Below, piece after piece: positions 1 to 12,512 of a stretch of DNA of 64,000 bases (its first letter is position 1; each line of letters opens with the position of its first letter). Origin of the DNA: Nemertoderma westbladi (Eukaryota; Animalia; Xenacoelomorpha); contig JAUCBJ010003170.1 in assembly GCA_032718475.1 (NCBI GenBank), positions 6,657-70,656 of the forward strand, read 5' to 3'. A model generated the notes under the pieces. The model had not been told where the DNA came from. It made no database searches and worked only from the letters and a program-made list of their open reading frames with translations. The position numbers and the translations under genes were made by a program.

Positions 1-1
1 G

Positions 2-1534
2 ATCTACTCCGATAGTGAAGAAGCTACCCAACCGGCTGGGAGATTCTGTAGGATTGGTTTCGACACCGAGATATCTACTAGAGACTCCAGCCAGCGCCTC
101 TGTAGGTCTCTTAGTGATTCCACCGTCTGGGCCAATAGAAACTGGACGCCATTTAGACTTCTTATTGCTCAACAATCCACTCACCCCACTGGATAATAAA
201 TCGCCATTGCTAACAGACTCATCTACGCCTTCCAAATATTTTTCCTCCTTGGAAATCATATTTTCCATTTCTGGTCTAAATTCTTCTATTGTAACTCTAG
301 TAACATGGTCAGCGACATCACGAGAGACCAGCATATCCTCTTCGGGATCATCAACAAAGAAATTAGATATTTCTCCATCAGCACCATCCACATTAAGCGC
401 CTCTTCAACCTCATCTATTTCAATAACACTAAATACACTATTCGATTTCACAGCCGGATTCCTGAGTTCCAAGAAACTTCGCAGTTGTGATTCGCCATTC
501 ACTAGTTCCGTATTAACCAATGGCTGCTCTTCCAGAATCGGGCCGCTATACATGTTTATCTGTGGCGCGTCGGAACGTCTGTGCTGCTTCAACATCAGTT
601 TCTCCGTGTAACTCATCGAACTCTTGAACGTTATATTCGGCACGGCGGCATCCGTCTGGGTTCCGCTCAACTGCGTACTGTTGCTATGGCAACTGTTACC
701 ATTGACCTGGTGGTTGCTACGCCAAGCTTTAAGAGCGCTTTGAAATGAGTCAGCGCTTTCTTCTTCGTCGAATTGTCCAACCGATAAATTCGAGTTATTA
801 TTATTAATAATGTTAGTTTTATTTATTTTGACCGCATTGTATCCCTTGGTTACGGGAAGATCTACGTCTCTGGGAGTGGTACCGGTTTCCACTACCTTCG
901 GTAGGATTGTCCCACTACGTTGCCATTGGTTACTAAGCTGCTGGAGTTGTTCAGTCACTTCCGGTCTATCTGATTGCACTTGATGGGGAGTAAAGGGGTG
1001 TTTATTCCCGGCGGGTTTACGAACGAACTTGTACCCGGGAATGGCCGTGGATCTGTGGTCCCGTAACTTACCCTTGAGATGGAACTGGGCGTAACACGTG
1101 GCGCAGTAGACCTCGTTGCATTGCACGCAGCTGAGCGTTGACGGATGTTCGCCGCATTGACCGCATTGGGGGGCCTCTGGAATGGTTCCGGGTTTTTCAT
1201 TGAAATGTTTCTCCGCTACTTTTAGGACGGGGTTTTTACGTTTCGGGCGAACGTCTTCGCATTTTATTTCCTTGAGGATTGTAATCTTTGTCGGCCGTTG
1301 TTTATTTGCCGCCGCAGGCTTACTGTCTTTCTTATTTGTAATGTTTGCTGACTTCCAATGGTTTCCGTCCCGGCCTATCCTGTTAGACTCGGAGGTCAAC
1401 GCGATCTTTAGTTCCCCCAATCTCTGTTGCATTCTCTGAGTGTCTAGTTCCAGGTCCTGCATGTTGGCACGCAGTACTGACCTCGAACTGAGTTCTTTGT
1501 TTCTGCGATATTGTAGATCTTTTGTAGTCATCAT
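2..1534 (-). CDS. ZBBX: Zinc finger B-box domain-containing protein, 5' part (ORF continues past the left edge)
   Basis: Hand translation from ATG at 1534 gives MMTTKDLQYR...DLELDTQRMQQRLGELK...HWKSA, a B-box CGQCGEHPSTLSCVQCNEVYCATCYAQFHLKGKLRDH, then GQFDEEESADSFQSALKAWR and FKSSMSYTEKLMLKQHRRS, three motifs characteristic of ZBBX. Not in the ORF track, probably because no stop lies in the window. Confidence 0.9.
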   Translation of the reverse strand, partial: MMTTKDLQYRRNKELSSRSVLRANMQDLELDTQRMQQRLGELKIALTSESNRIGRDGNHWKSANITNKKDSKPAAANKQRPTKITILKEIKCEDVRPKRKNPVLKVAEKHFNEKPGTIPEAPQCGQCGEHPSTLSCVQCNEVYCATCYAQFHLKGKLRDHRSTAIPGYKFVRKPAGNKHPFTPHQVQSDRPEVTEQLQQLSNQWQRSGTILPKVVETGTTPRDVDLPVTKGYNAVKINKTNIINNNNSNLSVGQFDEEESADSFQSALKAWRSNHQVNGNSCHSNSTQLSGTQTDAAVPNITFKSSMSYTEKLMLKQHRRSDAPQINMYSGPILEEQPLVNTELVNGESQLRSFLELRNPAVKSNSVFSVIEIDEVEEALNVDGADGEISNFFVDDPEEDMLVSRDVADHVTRVTIEEFRPEMENMISKEEKYLEGVDESVSNGDLLSSGVSGLLSNKKSKWRPVSIGPDGGITKRPTEALAGVSSRYLGVETNPTESPSRLGSFFTIGVD

Positions 1535-1997
1535 GAACGCAATTATTATACCAAATTTATTTTATAGTTAGTGGCGTAGATTACAAGTATATATATTAAA
1601 GTAAAAGCTTAATAGTGGTAATAGTCAGGGTGTTATTTATAATACACCACGTTATAACATTTAATTGTATTTTACATGCAGAACCAGACATTTACCGGAA
1701 ATGTGATAACAGTGATCTGAGCGCAGTTGTACCGTATTGAGAATGTTAGTTTATTCTTTGTTGTCATGCCAATTTGAAAATATGTTTAATTTCGTTACAA
1801 TAATTACGATTATATTATGAAGTGTCGTCTATTGCACGATTTAACCAGATCACCTAAGATGAGGAAACATTAAGAATTTATATTAAAATTTAGCACGATT
1901 ATAAATTATAAAGTCACGCAATGATAAGCAAATTGACTCGTACAATTCAGTAATGAATGAACCAAAATAGTGGTAAGCAGAAAGTACTTGTTTGGCG

Positions 1998-2010
1998 GTT
2001 GCCAAGCAAC
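1998..2010. promoter_or_regulatory. RFX X-box in the bidirectional ZBBX/tectonic promoter
   Basis: GTTGCCAAGCAAC fits GTNRCC-N(0-3)-RGYAAC. It lies between two divergent ciliary genes, with CCAAT boxes at about 2045 and 2085. Confidence 0.75.
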
Positions 2011-2628
2011 CATCAACATTCCCTGCTCTCACATTTACCACCTACCAATCAGGCACTGATCGCGTACCGGTCCTGTAGGCCTATCCAATCCATCCCCTCA
2101 AAACTACCATAGGAGGCTAACTGATTCAGTTAATTATTTATGAGTCCTCCTCAGTTTACATTTAGATACAAATGTATTGCAAAACTAAATCTTCTTCAGT
2201 GAATAAATTCTGAAAAATTGTACACACCGTTTCCATGTTGTGTCCCAGTCCAGCAGACCAGCACCGGCTGATCCCTTGGTCAGCTTGGTTGGCACCTGAC
2301 AGTGGCTGTCTGTGTATCGTTGTAAGTTGATGCTTCTTAGTCGTGGGCCATGGCATCTACTACCGTACCGGTATGTAATTATCGCTTACTGGTGTGTGTG
2401 TACCGGTATTTCATAATTATGCCAGTTTCATTCATTCATTTATAATTTCGTTATAATATTTATTATATTATTTGAACTTAAATTCTTATATTTGCGCCAT
2501 ACGAACTGCAGCAACAGGTTAACCCACGCGACTCCGTCAAGCATAATCAACAACATTACGCCCATCAATTCTACAACTACCGGTAACCAGTGCAAGTGAA
2601 CCCCAAGGATAAATACTACTAAGAATTA

Positions 2629-5600
2629 ATGGAGACTTTGCATTTAATATTATATTTTCTAGTATTGTTTAATTTTGCAAGCTGTGTCGATATCGAGGGG
2701 TATTTAGACGTTGGTAGCCAGACTGACGGCTCATACACCTTCGTTAGAAAGACGTACAAAGAGAGAAATAATGTTGTGCTCCCCGTGTTCCTACGATTAG
2801 TTAACGTTAGTGCGCCGGGCCCCACGCAGGATTTCGAGGTAATTTGCGAAGTCAAACAATCAGGATCTGTTTACACAGAAATAACTCAGAAGAATACTAT
2901 AAATATAGGAGCCACTGCGCTCTCTGTCGATATAGCTTTCGACTACGTGCGTTCCGGTTTACCGGTTGTCGTAGAATGTAAACCGGTGGCCACGGATACG
3001 GCTTACACCGCAGGGAGATCGGGGGTTGTAGAGATTCTATTTCAACCCAAACTAACTATGTGTTACAACGATATAACTGTATCGGATACTAACGGTGTTA
3101 GCTACAGTTTACCTATAGAGCTATCGGAATCTGCTGCCGGGGCCACGACAGTTCGTTGCGTAAGTGATCCGTCTGTGATTACCTTCGATGCGGATCTAAA
3201 AATAGTAGAAGGCGACCGGTCGTTTAGTATCAAGTTTACAGTTGGAACAGTTACTGCTGGAAGTAGCGCTGAAATTACTTGTTCAGCGGATACGTACCTC
3301 TCGGGTGTAGCCAATGTTCATTTCACATCGGTTCCCGAACCAGTACTAACCTTGTCTCCCTCTGCGGATTTATCCGTCAACTCTGCTTCCTTTTTGTTGT
3401 CGTTGACTTATACCAGTAGCGTCGCTAAAGAGGTTGAGGTCTCTTGTAAACTCAATGAGTATGATACCAAGGCAGAGGTGAGTTGACTTAAGTTGTGTTG
3501 AAGAAATTTGTAGAGTTATTCATCACTTCGTTATTATATTACTTAGTTTTAATTAATCCATATGTGTTATCTTTTTTAATGATAAAATAATTTATTTAGT
3601 GCAATTAGTGGCTGCCTAAACTTATAGTCTAGTTGTTGTGGGCCTGCTAGATAAGTTTGGTTGGGTATACGTAGTTAGTTGTTGTAGGAAACAGGGACCA
3701 TGGCCCACTTAAGGTACTTAAAGTACTTTAAGTAGGCCATGGAGGGACCCTCAAAAAAAAGTAATTATTGTTGTTTTAACGATATATCTACTATAGTACC
3801 TCATTACCAGAGATCTAATTACCGGGTTCGATTCGGGTTCAGGTCTTTTTTTTGTAGTTAATGTTTAGGTAGTTTCATTTACAGCCAGCTTGCTGGTAGT
3901 TCTAGATATTAATTAAAACTTTAGATGGAGGGTGCCATTGATTATCCAACAGTTTTAATTTTAGTGTTTATTTTCACGGGAAAGGAGACCCTTTATTTAT
4001 ATTTAATTAATTATTATGGCATCTTTAGGAAAATATTTCATTATTATTCATGGTAATAATTTCAAACGTTTACTGTATGATAGTCTGAACGTTTAATATC
4101 TAAAATCTCACATGAGATACTAGAATACTACCACGTTATAAAAAAGGGGTGCAAAATGTAAAGTTTGGTGAGATTTTATGGTTAGACATTAAATTACTTA
4201 TAGACAAATATTTTATCAAAAAATACAACTAACGACTTTATATATTGTTAAACTGGTTTAGTTAGAATCAACTATAAAACTCTTCCATCCCTCGTTCCAA
4301 TCCTGGGTATGTTTATCTGCAGGCTGAAGCACCGACGACCTGTCCGATTGCACCGGGGGGTACAGCTGAATCCCCAGATGGTTACTGGGATCTTCAATCG
4401 TCCGCGTCGAAACTCTCGGAAAGCGATCTCTTGAGGTTGAATATCAACTACGTGGGGAAATCGGACGGATCTGTTACGAAATATCTCAGAGTTCAGTGAG
4501 TTCAGTTGATTATATAAGTACAGAAACTCATCATTGCGTAGTTTCAGTGGACAAAATGTAGGGTGTGAAGAGTCATGGCATGCCATGGAGGTACTCCTAT
4601 GATAACACCAACGCTGACTCTGGCCCCATCTCAGGTCATGCCCATCTGATCACAACTGTACCATATCTTATTAAATAAAATAATGTTGTTTTAATACAGT
4701 AGGTTTTACAGTAGGCATCTAAAAATTATGTTTTATTGTTCTTATTTGGTTGGTTTGGATATTACATTACGTAACACTAATGCATAAACAGTATTTGCAA
4801 TAATATAATGTACAACGCACATACAGTGTTGCTATACGTAAACTCATAGAACAACAACATTAATTAAATAATATTTAATACTACTACCTAACACTTTTTG
4901 TAATATATCGCAAGGGCTTGCCTTGATAACATTGACGATTCCTATCATTTAGATGTTCTATTAGCAAGTTATTGGGGAGTTTTATTTAAACTTATCATAG
5001 CTAACGAATTATCGAAGTACAATTTCCCTTCATCCTTTAACGTGCTGCATTCGTCACCTGTAATCATTGCCACTACCCTATCTATGATGGTAATCGGTGC
5101 GTTTTCGAGGAAACGATTGACTTCTGTAATAAAGTCGACAATAAGTCCCTTCCGATGTTTCGTTACTACATCAACGTCATCACCTTCGCAGTCACTAATA
5201 TCAATGTAGGATTCTTTGTGCTTTATTGTGTATTGACAACCGGGTATTCCTTTAAGTTTCTCCTCAACATCCATGGAAGTGATGTAGCAACAACTTTTGT
5301 CTGGAAACATTTCTTCCATCGATTTCCAGAGTTTATGGTATCCACTTTTGGAAGAAACTACAACGATATTGAACATCGCATTGCGATGTTTAGATCTCAG
5401 GTTTAGCATTTCTTTAATGGTGGTTGTTAATTCGTCTTTCTTTATATAGTAAAGAACCTGCACTGCAGCTACTATATCGAACTTGGTGTTTTTTACACCC
5501 TCCTTGGTTAAATATTCTTGCACTGTCATTTCTTGAAAATTTACAGTTAATTTTCCTTTTTCTCGTTTAGCAAGCCTTTCCTGTGAATAAAATAATGGGT

Positions 5601-8600
5601 ACATAAAGTAGATGAGTCGATATCATCCTATTTTACAACCATTTGTTATGTAATCATATAAAGTGCTACATTACACGACCTTCGCTACACCACACGACGG
5701 TTATATTGAAAAATATCGAGACATGAAAAATATCGAAAGTAAAAATATCGAGAGTAAAAATATCGAGAGTAAAAATATCGAGAGTAAAAATATCGAGTGT
5801 TGAAAAATATCGAGAGTAAAAATATCGAGTGTTGAAAAATATCCTGTGTAAAAATATCGAGTGTTGAAAAATATCGAGAGTAAAAATATCGAGTGTTGAA
5901 AAATATCGAGAGTAAAAATTTCGAGTGTTGAAAAATATCGAGAGTAACAATATCGAGAGTTGAAAAATATCGAGAGTAACAATATCGAGTGTTGAAAAAT
6001 ATCGAGTGTTGAAAAATATCGAGGGTAAAAATATCGAGTGTTGAAAAATATAGAGTTTAAATTATTGAGAGTAAAAATATCGATAGTAACAATTTTTTTA
6101 AATAAGGGTTGTATGATAATTGTTTTCCTAAAAATGTTCTAGAACCAAAAAATGTGTTCTAGAACTAAAAATATATATCAACATTGGTAGCTTACACGTG
6201 TTCTATAACATTTATAAAAAGAAGTAGAAAATACTAGCTAGCTATTTTAAAAAATTGAAAATGTAATCTAGAATTAAAAAATGTGTTCTAGAACAAAAAT
6301 ATTTATCAAAATTGATAGCTAGCACTTATTCTATAATATTTATTTAAAAAATAGCAAAAACAAGCTAGTATAATAAATCTGGTGAATGGGTACCCAAAGG
6401 TGTATTAATGCCATTTACTTGCACTTTCACTGTCGTACCCAATGTACTGAAATATTGTCCCCTAATTCTAAATAAAATGCTCAAGCAAAATGCAATATTT
6501 TAGCTCTAGAAATTTTTCAACGCTCGATATTTTTACTCTCGTTATTTTTACTCTCGATATTTTTACTCTCGTTATTTTTACTCTCGATATTTTTACTCTC
6601 GTTATTTTTACTCTCGATATTTTTACTCTCGTTATTTTTACTCTCGATATTTTTACTCTTGATATTTTTCAAGTCTCGATATTTTTCACCTTTACCCACA
6701 CGACACTCTAAGTATAAAGTTAATAACACACTCATTTAAATAATGTTACTTCCCTTATACAATCCCAGCTGATGTTGACTCGGTTCCACAACCGTTACTT
6801 CCACATTAACACCCTTGTGTACACGTTGTATTACATCAACCATCTGTAGGTCAATGTCTCCATCTCCACTCCCAAAAGACAACATCTTTAAAATATTATC
6901 GTTACCCAATTTAATATGTTGACATTCTTCTTCAAACTCTAGTTGAAATAACATATTATTAAATAACAGGGTAGGGTAGGTGCTAAATTACCACCTCTAC
7001 ATCTACAGTTTCCTTTCTATAGACTTTAATAAGATATTATTATCATGTTTAAATGTCATTATCAAGCTTCTAAACAATACAATCAATTATATTGCTCATG
7101 GAATATAAAATTGTTTATTATAAAACCTAACAACAACAACAACAACAATAAATAGGATATTATATTGAATATACAACTCTTTTCAACTAAAATCAATATA
7201 ATGTTTGGAGATCGTTTCGGTTACAGCTTACAGGTATTTGTATTACCTACCTTGATTAATCCATTTCTCTAAAACTAGTTTTTCGTCAGAAAGCTGTAAA
7301 AATAATTCAAAAGATTCCATATACCGATCGTCATCCGACGAGAGATTTTCCATCATAACTTTATCTGTTGATTAATTAATTACCTAAACTGGCCACCTTT
7401 TTCAGTATAATTGCCGGCGATAATTAAACCTTATATTTTCTTTTCTTAACTTTTTTTTAATTTTCGAAATAAGAAAATAGAAATATTAAAAGGTTTAGGA
7501 AAAGAACAAAATGAACTATTCTCTCGGAAACTGCGCTTTAAGTGGTTGGCCGGTCGCTCCCTTGTGTTTACATAATTTTAATAATATTTTTTAAAATAAA
7601 TTAGTCGTTGCAACAACTAATGGCATCTTGGATTACATGAATGCTTGTAACATAATCCCATTGCTGAAAGTTCTTGAAGCTTTGGAATTAAAAAAATCCA
7701 TTAGATCTACTCATTGTGAGAAGCACTTACTCTTTTCTCGACAAACTTGCTCCAAATCAATTACAAATTCCATTGCAATTGATTTCGGAATAAGTCTCTC
7801 GTGAAAAATAATCTGACAAATGTATTTTCAAATTAGTTAACTGCGTTTTATGTTGCAGTTTAATAATATTTAAGTCAATTTTCTTATTATATTTTTGTTA
7901 TCATACACATACAGTACACACAATATGTTATTATGTTGTTGATATTATATTGAAATCACTGTCGTATTTTTTCCATTTTTTCCCTCTTTCACAGATGCTG
8001 TAGCCCTTCACAACTTCAAGCAACATCCGTTGTTACAGCTAATCCAGGGATCATTTCTCCTGTCCTTACATCTGGGCCAACTAATATAACGGTAATTTAT
8101 TATTATTTATTAATACAATATTATCTATTATATTTTATCATATGTCACATCAACGGCTTTCATGGTTGTTGAGTACCTTATATTCCAATTAAGTTGAGAA
8201 CGGGTTGGTGGCGGTGGCGGTGGCGGTGGCGGTGGCGGTGGCGGTGGCGGTGGCGGTGGCGGTGGCGGTGGCGGTGGCGGTGGCGGTGGCGGTGGCGGTG
8301 GCGGTGGCGGTGGCAGATGCGGTGGCATTTCGTAAATCTGATTTGAATTTCAAATCCGAAAAAAGGTTTTCTGTTTGGAGATTAATATAATCTCAATTTT
8401 GATTGATTTAGATCCAAATAACTTTGACTCCTGTTCCTGTTTGGTACTGTAACAGCCGAGTTGCATGAATTGGAAGAAGATAAAACCAGGTTTATTTACG
8501 CTAGTGATATCTACTGAATTGGATCACTTACCTATCTATACTTTTATTTATAGGAATCTTTAGTACTGCCTGTTTACTACGTAAATATGGCCCCGTGTCC

Positions 8601-11600
8601 GTGCGATATAACCGCTGGATCCTGTGACGTTGATTGCTGCTGCGACACCACCGACTGCATCGAGAATGTCACTGACATATTCACTTGTCAGTCGGGGTTT
8701 TATGGTGAGTTTAATTTTTATTAATTCTATAACTCAAGATGCTGATTAATAGCCTTATAAACATTATCTAGAATGCTTATTGTTTTGGTTACAAACACGC
8801 AGTGTGATGTAACGTGCTCCTTTTCCTTGTAGATCCTGTCACATTTAAAGTTAATACATTAAAACATGGTTTTTAAATACACGAGAACTTTTTTTGTAAT
8901 TATATATTAGTATTCGAATACGACTAAACGTTTAAAAAAATAAGTTTTATATAGAATCTTAAGAGCAACCAGTCTCTAATCTAAACTATGCAATGAAGTT
9001 ATTAGGGACAGATTGTAGTTTATATTGTAGTCACAAGTTGTTTCTTAGACGTTATTTAATAGAGAATGTAGTATAAAAAGTAGAGCAAGCGAAACAGCTT
9101 GTGTGTATCACAGTCTGTTTTATTCTTCATATAACTTCGCCAGACAGATATTTTTATTACATGCCAACCTATTTACAACCGACGTTTCATAAGGATTTAC
9201 TATCACTGCTGTATATTTTGTACGTCACATCACATTCAAATCACCAATGACGACGAGGCGATCTTCTGCCGTCCTGTGGTCTACAGCGAGCAATATTTGG
9301 AGGTAAAAGAGGATGCAATGGTGCAAAAATAACATAATGAGTTAAAATTTTGACAAGACTGAAATAATGAAGTTCCGAAGAGGTGGTAGAATGTGAGCCA
9401 GTTTAAGCTAGTAACATTTATGTTTATATGGGAATCACTCTACAGCCGACTCTGCCTTTCATTCACACAGCGCATAGAAAATAAGAAACACCACTCTAAC
9501 TAATTAAATAGGTTGCCTGAAATAGTTCAATACTTTACACTCGCAACCTCCTTTGTCTACTCCTCTGTTTACACTAATATTTTACTTAATTAATTTTAAC
9601 ATCAATTTAAATTAATAAAGTCATCTATTGCCCCGCTCCCCGCATGGGGGCGTAAATGTCAATATGCATGAAAAAAAGGAAAGTTTTGTAATAAAATTAG
9701 GTATTACATGAAAACAAAGTAGCATTTTACAATTTATGATCTCGTTATGGTGCTGGTTAAGTTTCTTACATCCTTATAAAAGACCGTGAAGTCCATCGGT
9801 CAATCAGTAACATTAATCAGCATTTTATTTAATTAGCAGGAAAGATATATGTTTAATTTAAGAAATATTAATAAATGGATATTCCTCACAGGTGGATTCA
9901 ATGATTCTTTGGATAAATTTGACTGCGCTTCTATTGGCCAATCGTCATCTGGAGATATCCCAGACTGGCATCCAATGCTGTGCGTACAATTCAACATGAC
10001 GCCATGGCTGGGATACTTTTACCCGACTGAGCAACCAATCGCTCGGCGAGTGAGTCAGTTCGACAACCTGCTGAGTCGCTCGGACCCACCGAAGAGACCG
10101 TTCGATACGACCGCGTTCGTTACGGGAGACGCGACGACGACTTACGGATCGGGAAACCAGAGTTACACTGGGTACAGAGAGGGCGCGGTGGTGGCGGCCG
10201 ACGGTACCGGTATCCGGTCGATGCTGACCCTCCCGAGAACGACGACGGGGTTCGGATGCGTCGACGAGCCGGTTCGCTTCCTTCGGGAATACTCCTCGGC
10301 CTGCGTCCGACAACCGGAAGCCTCTCTCTGCGTCCCCGGCTCCTCGCTCGATGCGCGATCCTACCTCCTAGATAGCGAAGTGTCGACGCAATGCGTTCCC
10401 GGGCGTCAGCGCATCTGGAAAGCCACCAGGAGTGCCGTGGTTCCCATAGAAACGCGTTATCTCTGTGTTTACGACGAGACCTCCGCCTACGATGTTTTCA
10501 TCGCGAACGATGGAACTTCCCCAATAGAAGACCTCGCTAACATAGACATAACGGCTGAAAAGAAGATCCCTATAACAGAAACATCTCGGATTCTTCCCTG
10601 CGGTTTCGATGACGGCGTCACTCTGCCACCTCAACCGTCTTTAGCCGCTAATTCCCAATGTAACCACGCGGTGGTGTATGTAGACTACGCTATCCAATGG
10701 AATAAGGCGGATATTTCCCGCATAGTAGCAACCGTTGTTATGGCAACCATTCCACTTACCGGGGCTCAGCCTCCTGCTAAACAGCAACACGCCGCCACGT
10801 TTACCGGAAGTGACGTCACTAAAGGCGCCACTCCGTCGCCGATTGAGACGACCCTGGCGGCGTTGCCACGTTACGGGGTTGCGGCCCTACCCACCACAGC
10901 CTCACCTTTCCGACAGAGCTACTCCGTGCGTTGGCATGGCGACCGCCCAGACTCGGCTACGGGGTGGGTCGGTTACCCGGGTTACGTGTCGGGTCAGACG
11001 ATCCGGGTTGGTTACCTGGGCGACGCGTCAATACCGGAAGATCAGCAGGTGGTTGAGGAGACGTCGCCCTTGGCAACCCTCGCTACGATCGGCTGGGCCG
11101 ATTCCAACTCCTGCCAATCCGCGGAGAACTCGCCTTTACGTTTCATGCGTGACGTCACATCCGGTTGTTTCGTAACCATAACTCCCGATCAGATTAAGAA
11201 CTGTTCGGAGCTGGCGAACACGTTGAGAGCTAAACTACTTCCGTTAATCACTGGTAATCGGGTTGCTAGGCGATCCAACTCGGATAATAAAGTCTATTCT
11301 GATTGGGTGCCTGTTATAGGTTACCTGGATACCGTCCGTTGGGAACGTGTAGCCTATTGGCTGGCCGATTCCCAGCGCTCCTTTTTCGATGATATTAACA
11401 TTTTGTATAAAATCGTTAACCCATTGGACGACTTGTCTAACCGATGCGAGAAATTACCGACAGGCGTCCTCATCGAAGTGCTGTACACCGTACAGACGGT
11501 AGGTGGCGCTAAAGAGATCGTGGCGGTTCGTAGTAATTTCAGTTACTCCGATTGGGATATGGAATGCCCCGCGATTGGCTGCCCGACTAATAAAGTTTTC

Positions 11601-11867
11601 CCGCTGACATCTCGGGTCCGCTTTACCGAGATCGTAATAACTCCCCCCGATGAGAAACTGTTCGACATTAATCGCGTCGACGATTGTATCGATAAAGGTA
11701 TCGACGGCTGCTGGAGGAACCTATTCAGTATCGTCCAGTCTCCCGCCGGCACTGGATTTGACGTCTATTTGCAGTGGCAGACGCATCTCGCCCAGTTCTT
11801 GTGTCTTTCCATAGGAACATTAGGTCTAATTTATCTAACTAAACCTTGGCTCTCTATTTCCATATAG
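2629..11867 (+). CDS. TCTN2: Tectonic family protein (TCTN2-like), 5 exons: 2629-3477, 4323-4495, 7995-8091, 8554-8704, 9892-11867; about 1081 aa
   Basis: All introns GT-AG and phase-compatible (0,2,0,1). N-terminal signal peptide; exon 4 encodes the tectonic Cys motif CPCDITAGSCDVDCCCDTTDC; exon 5 has LCVQFNMTPWLGYFY, PVRFL, GYPGYVSG and a C-terminal hydrophobic segment. Family confident, paralogue assignment less so. Confidence 0.85.
4969..7356 (-). CDS. HNMT: Histamine N-methyltransferase-like, copy 1 (exons 7356-7251, 6938-6754, 5580-4969; about 300 aa), nested in tectonic intron 2
   Basis: MENLSSDDDRYMESFELFLQLSDEK, MLSFGSGDGDIDL, VVEPS, QVLYY, SGYHKLW, DISDC, DFITE, EGKLYFDN align end to end with HNMT. 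The exon 2 donor is uncertain (see findings). Confidence 0.88.
5699..6696. mobile_element. Non-autonomous foldback DNA transposon (possibly Merlin-like) with arms made of ~15-bp repeats
   Basis: 8-bp TSD CACACGAC at 5691-5698 and 6697-6704; termini GGTTATATTGAAAAATATCGAGAC / GTCTCGATATTTTTCACCTTTACC; AAAAATATCGAGAGT arrays in opposite orientation in the two arms. Confidence 0.8.
8206..8326. repeat. (GGTGGC)n hexamer microsatellite in tectonic intron 3
   Basis: Directly visible tandem repeat. Confidence 0.95.
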
Positions 11868-11964
11868 AACGTAAATTATTAGATAAATACTTAAGATTTT
11901 AGTTTATAATATCAATCACTAGTAACTAACTGTACCATCTTGCTTCGTTTGTATTGTTATGTAA

Positions 11965-12512
11965 GGGGGCGTTCATAAAGTATGTCACGCACTAGGGGGG
12001 GGGGGGGGGGGGGGTTAGAGCTTGCGTGACATTTTGTGACAGAGGGGGGAGGGGGGTGTCGACTTTTGTGACGGTCACGGCGATGTTCTATGCTTTAATG
12101 TTAGCTTGGCTTTGACTTTCACACATGTGTAGAAGAGTGGGTAACTTTAAGGAAAACAATAAACTCAATAACATTGAGTATAATCGATAAATTGAGTAGG
12201 ACATAGAAGCCATTGACTCCAACACTGTAATACCTGTTATTAATATAGAATAAGAACACTTGACTTGCCCGTGGGAAAATGTAGATATAGTGATTGAATT
12301 TATATTGTATTTTGGCATAACAAACATTGTGTATTATTACAATAAAATATTTTTTGTCGGGGCGGGGGGGGGGGGGGGGGGTATTACAAATTGTCTAATG
12401 TGACAGAGGGGGGGGGGGGGGGTCGAGCTTGTGTGACACTTTGTGACAGGGGGGGGGGGGGGGGGGGTCAAAAATCGGAAAAATTTGCGTGACATACTTT
12501 ATGAACGCCCCC
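11965..12512. mobile_element. PIF/Harbinger (Tourist-like) MITE
   Basis: Perfect TIR GGGGGCGTTCATAAAGTATGTCACGCA at both ends, TAA target duplication on both sides. Confidence 0.85.

Noticed and set aside
15-611. 198-aa plus-strand ORF
   Set aside because: Antisense shadow of the ZBBX coding sequence.
3885-3895. Possible micro-exon after TTTCATTTACAG in tectonic intron 1
   Set aside because: Its phase does not fit exon 4323-4495, and joining it straight to exon 7995 creates a TGA stop.
8128-8390. Poly-Pro and VA-repeat ORFs
   Set aside because: Translations of the intronic (GGTGGC)n microsatellite.
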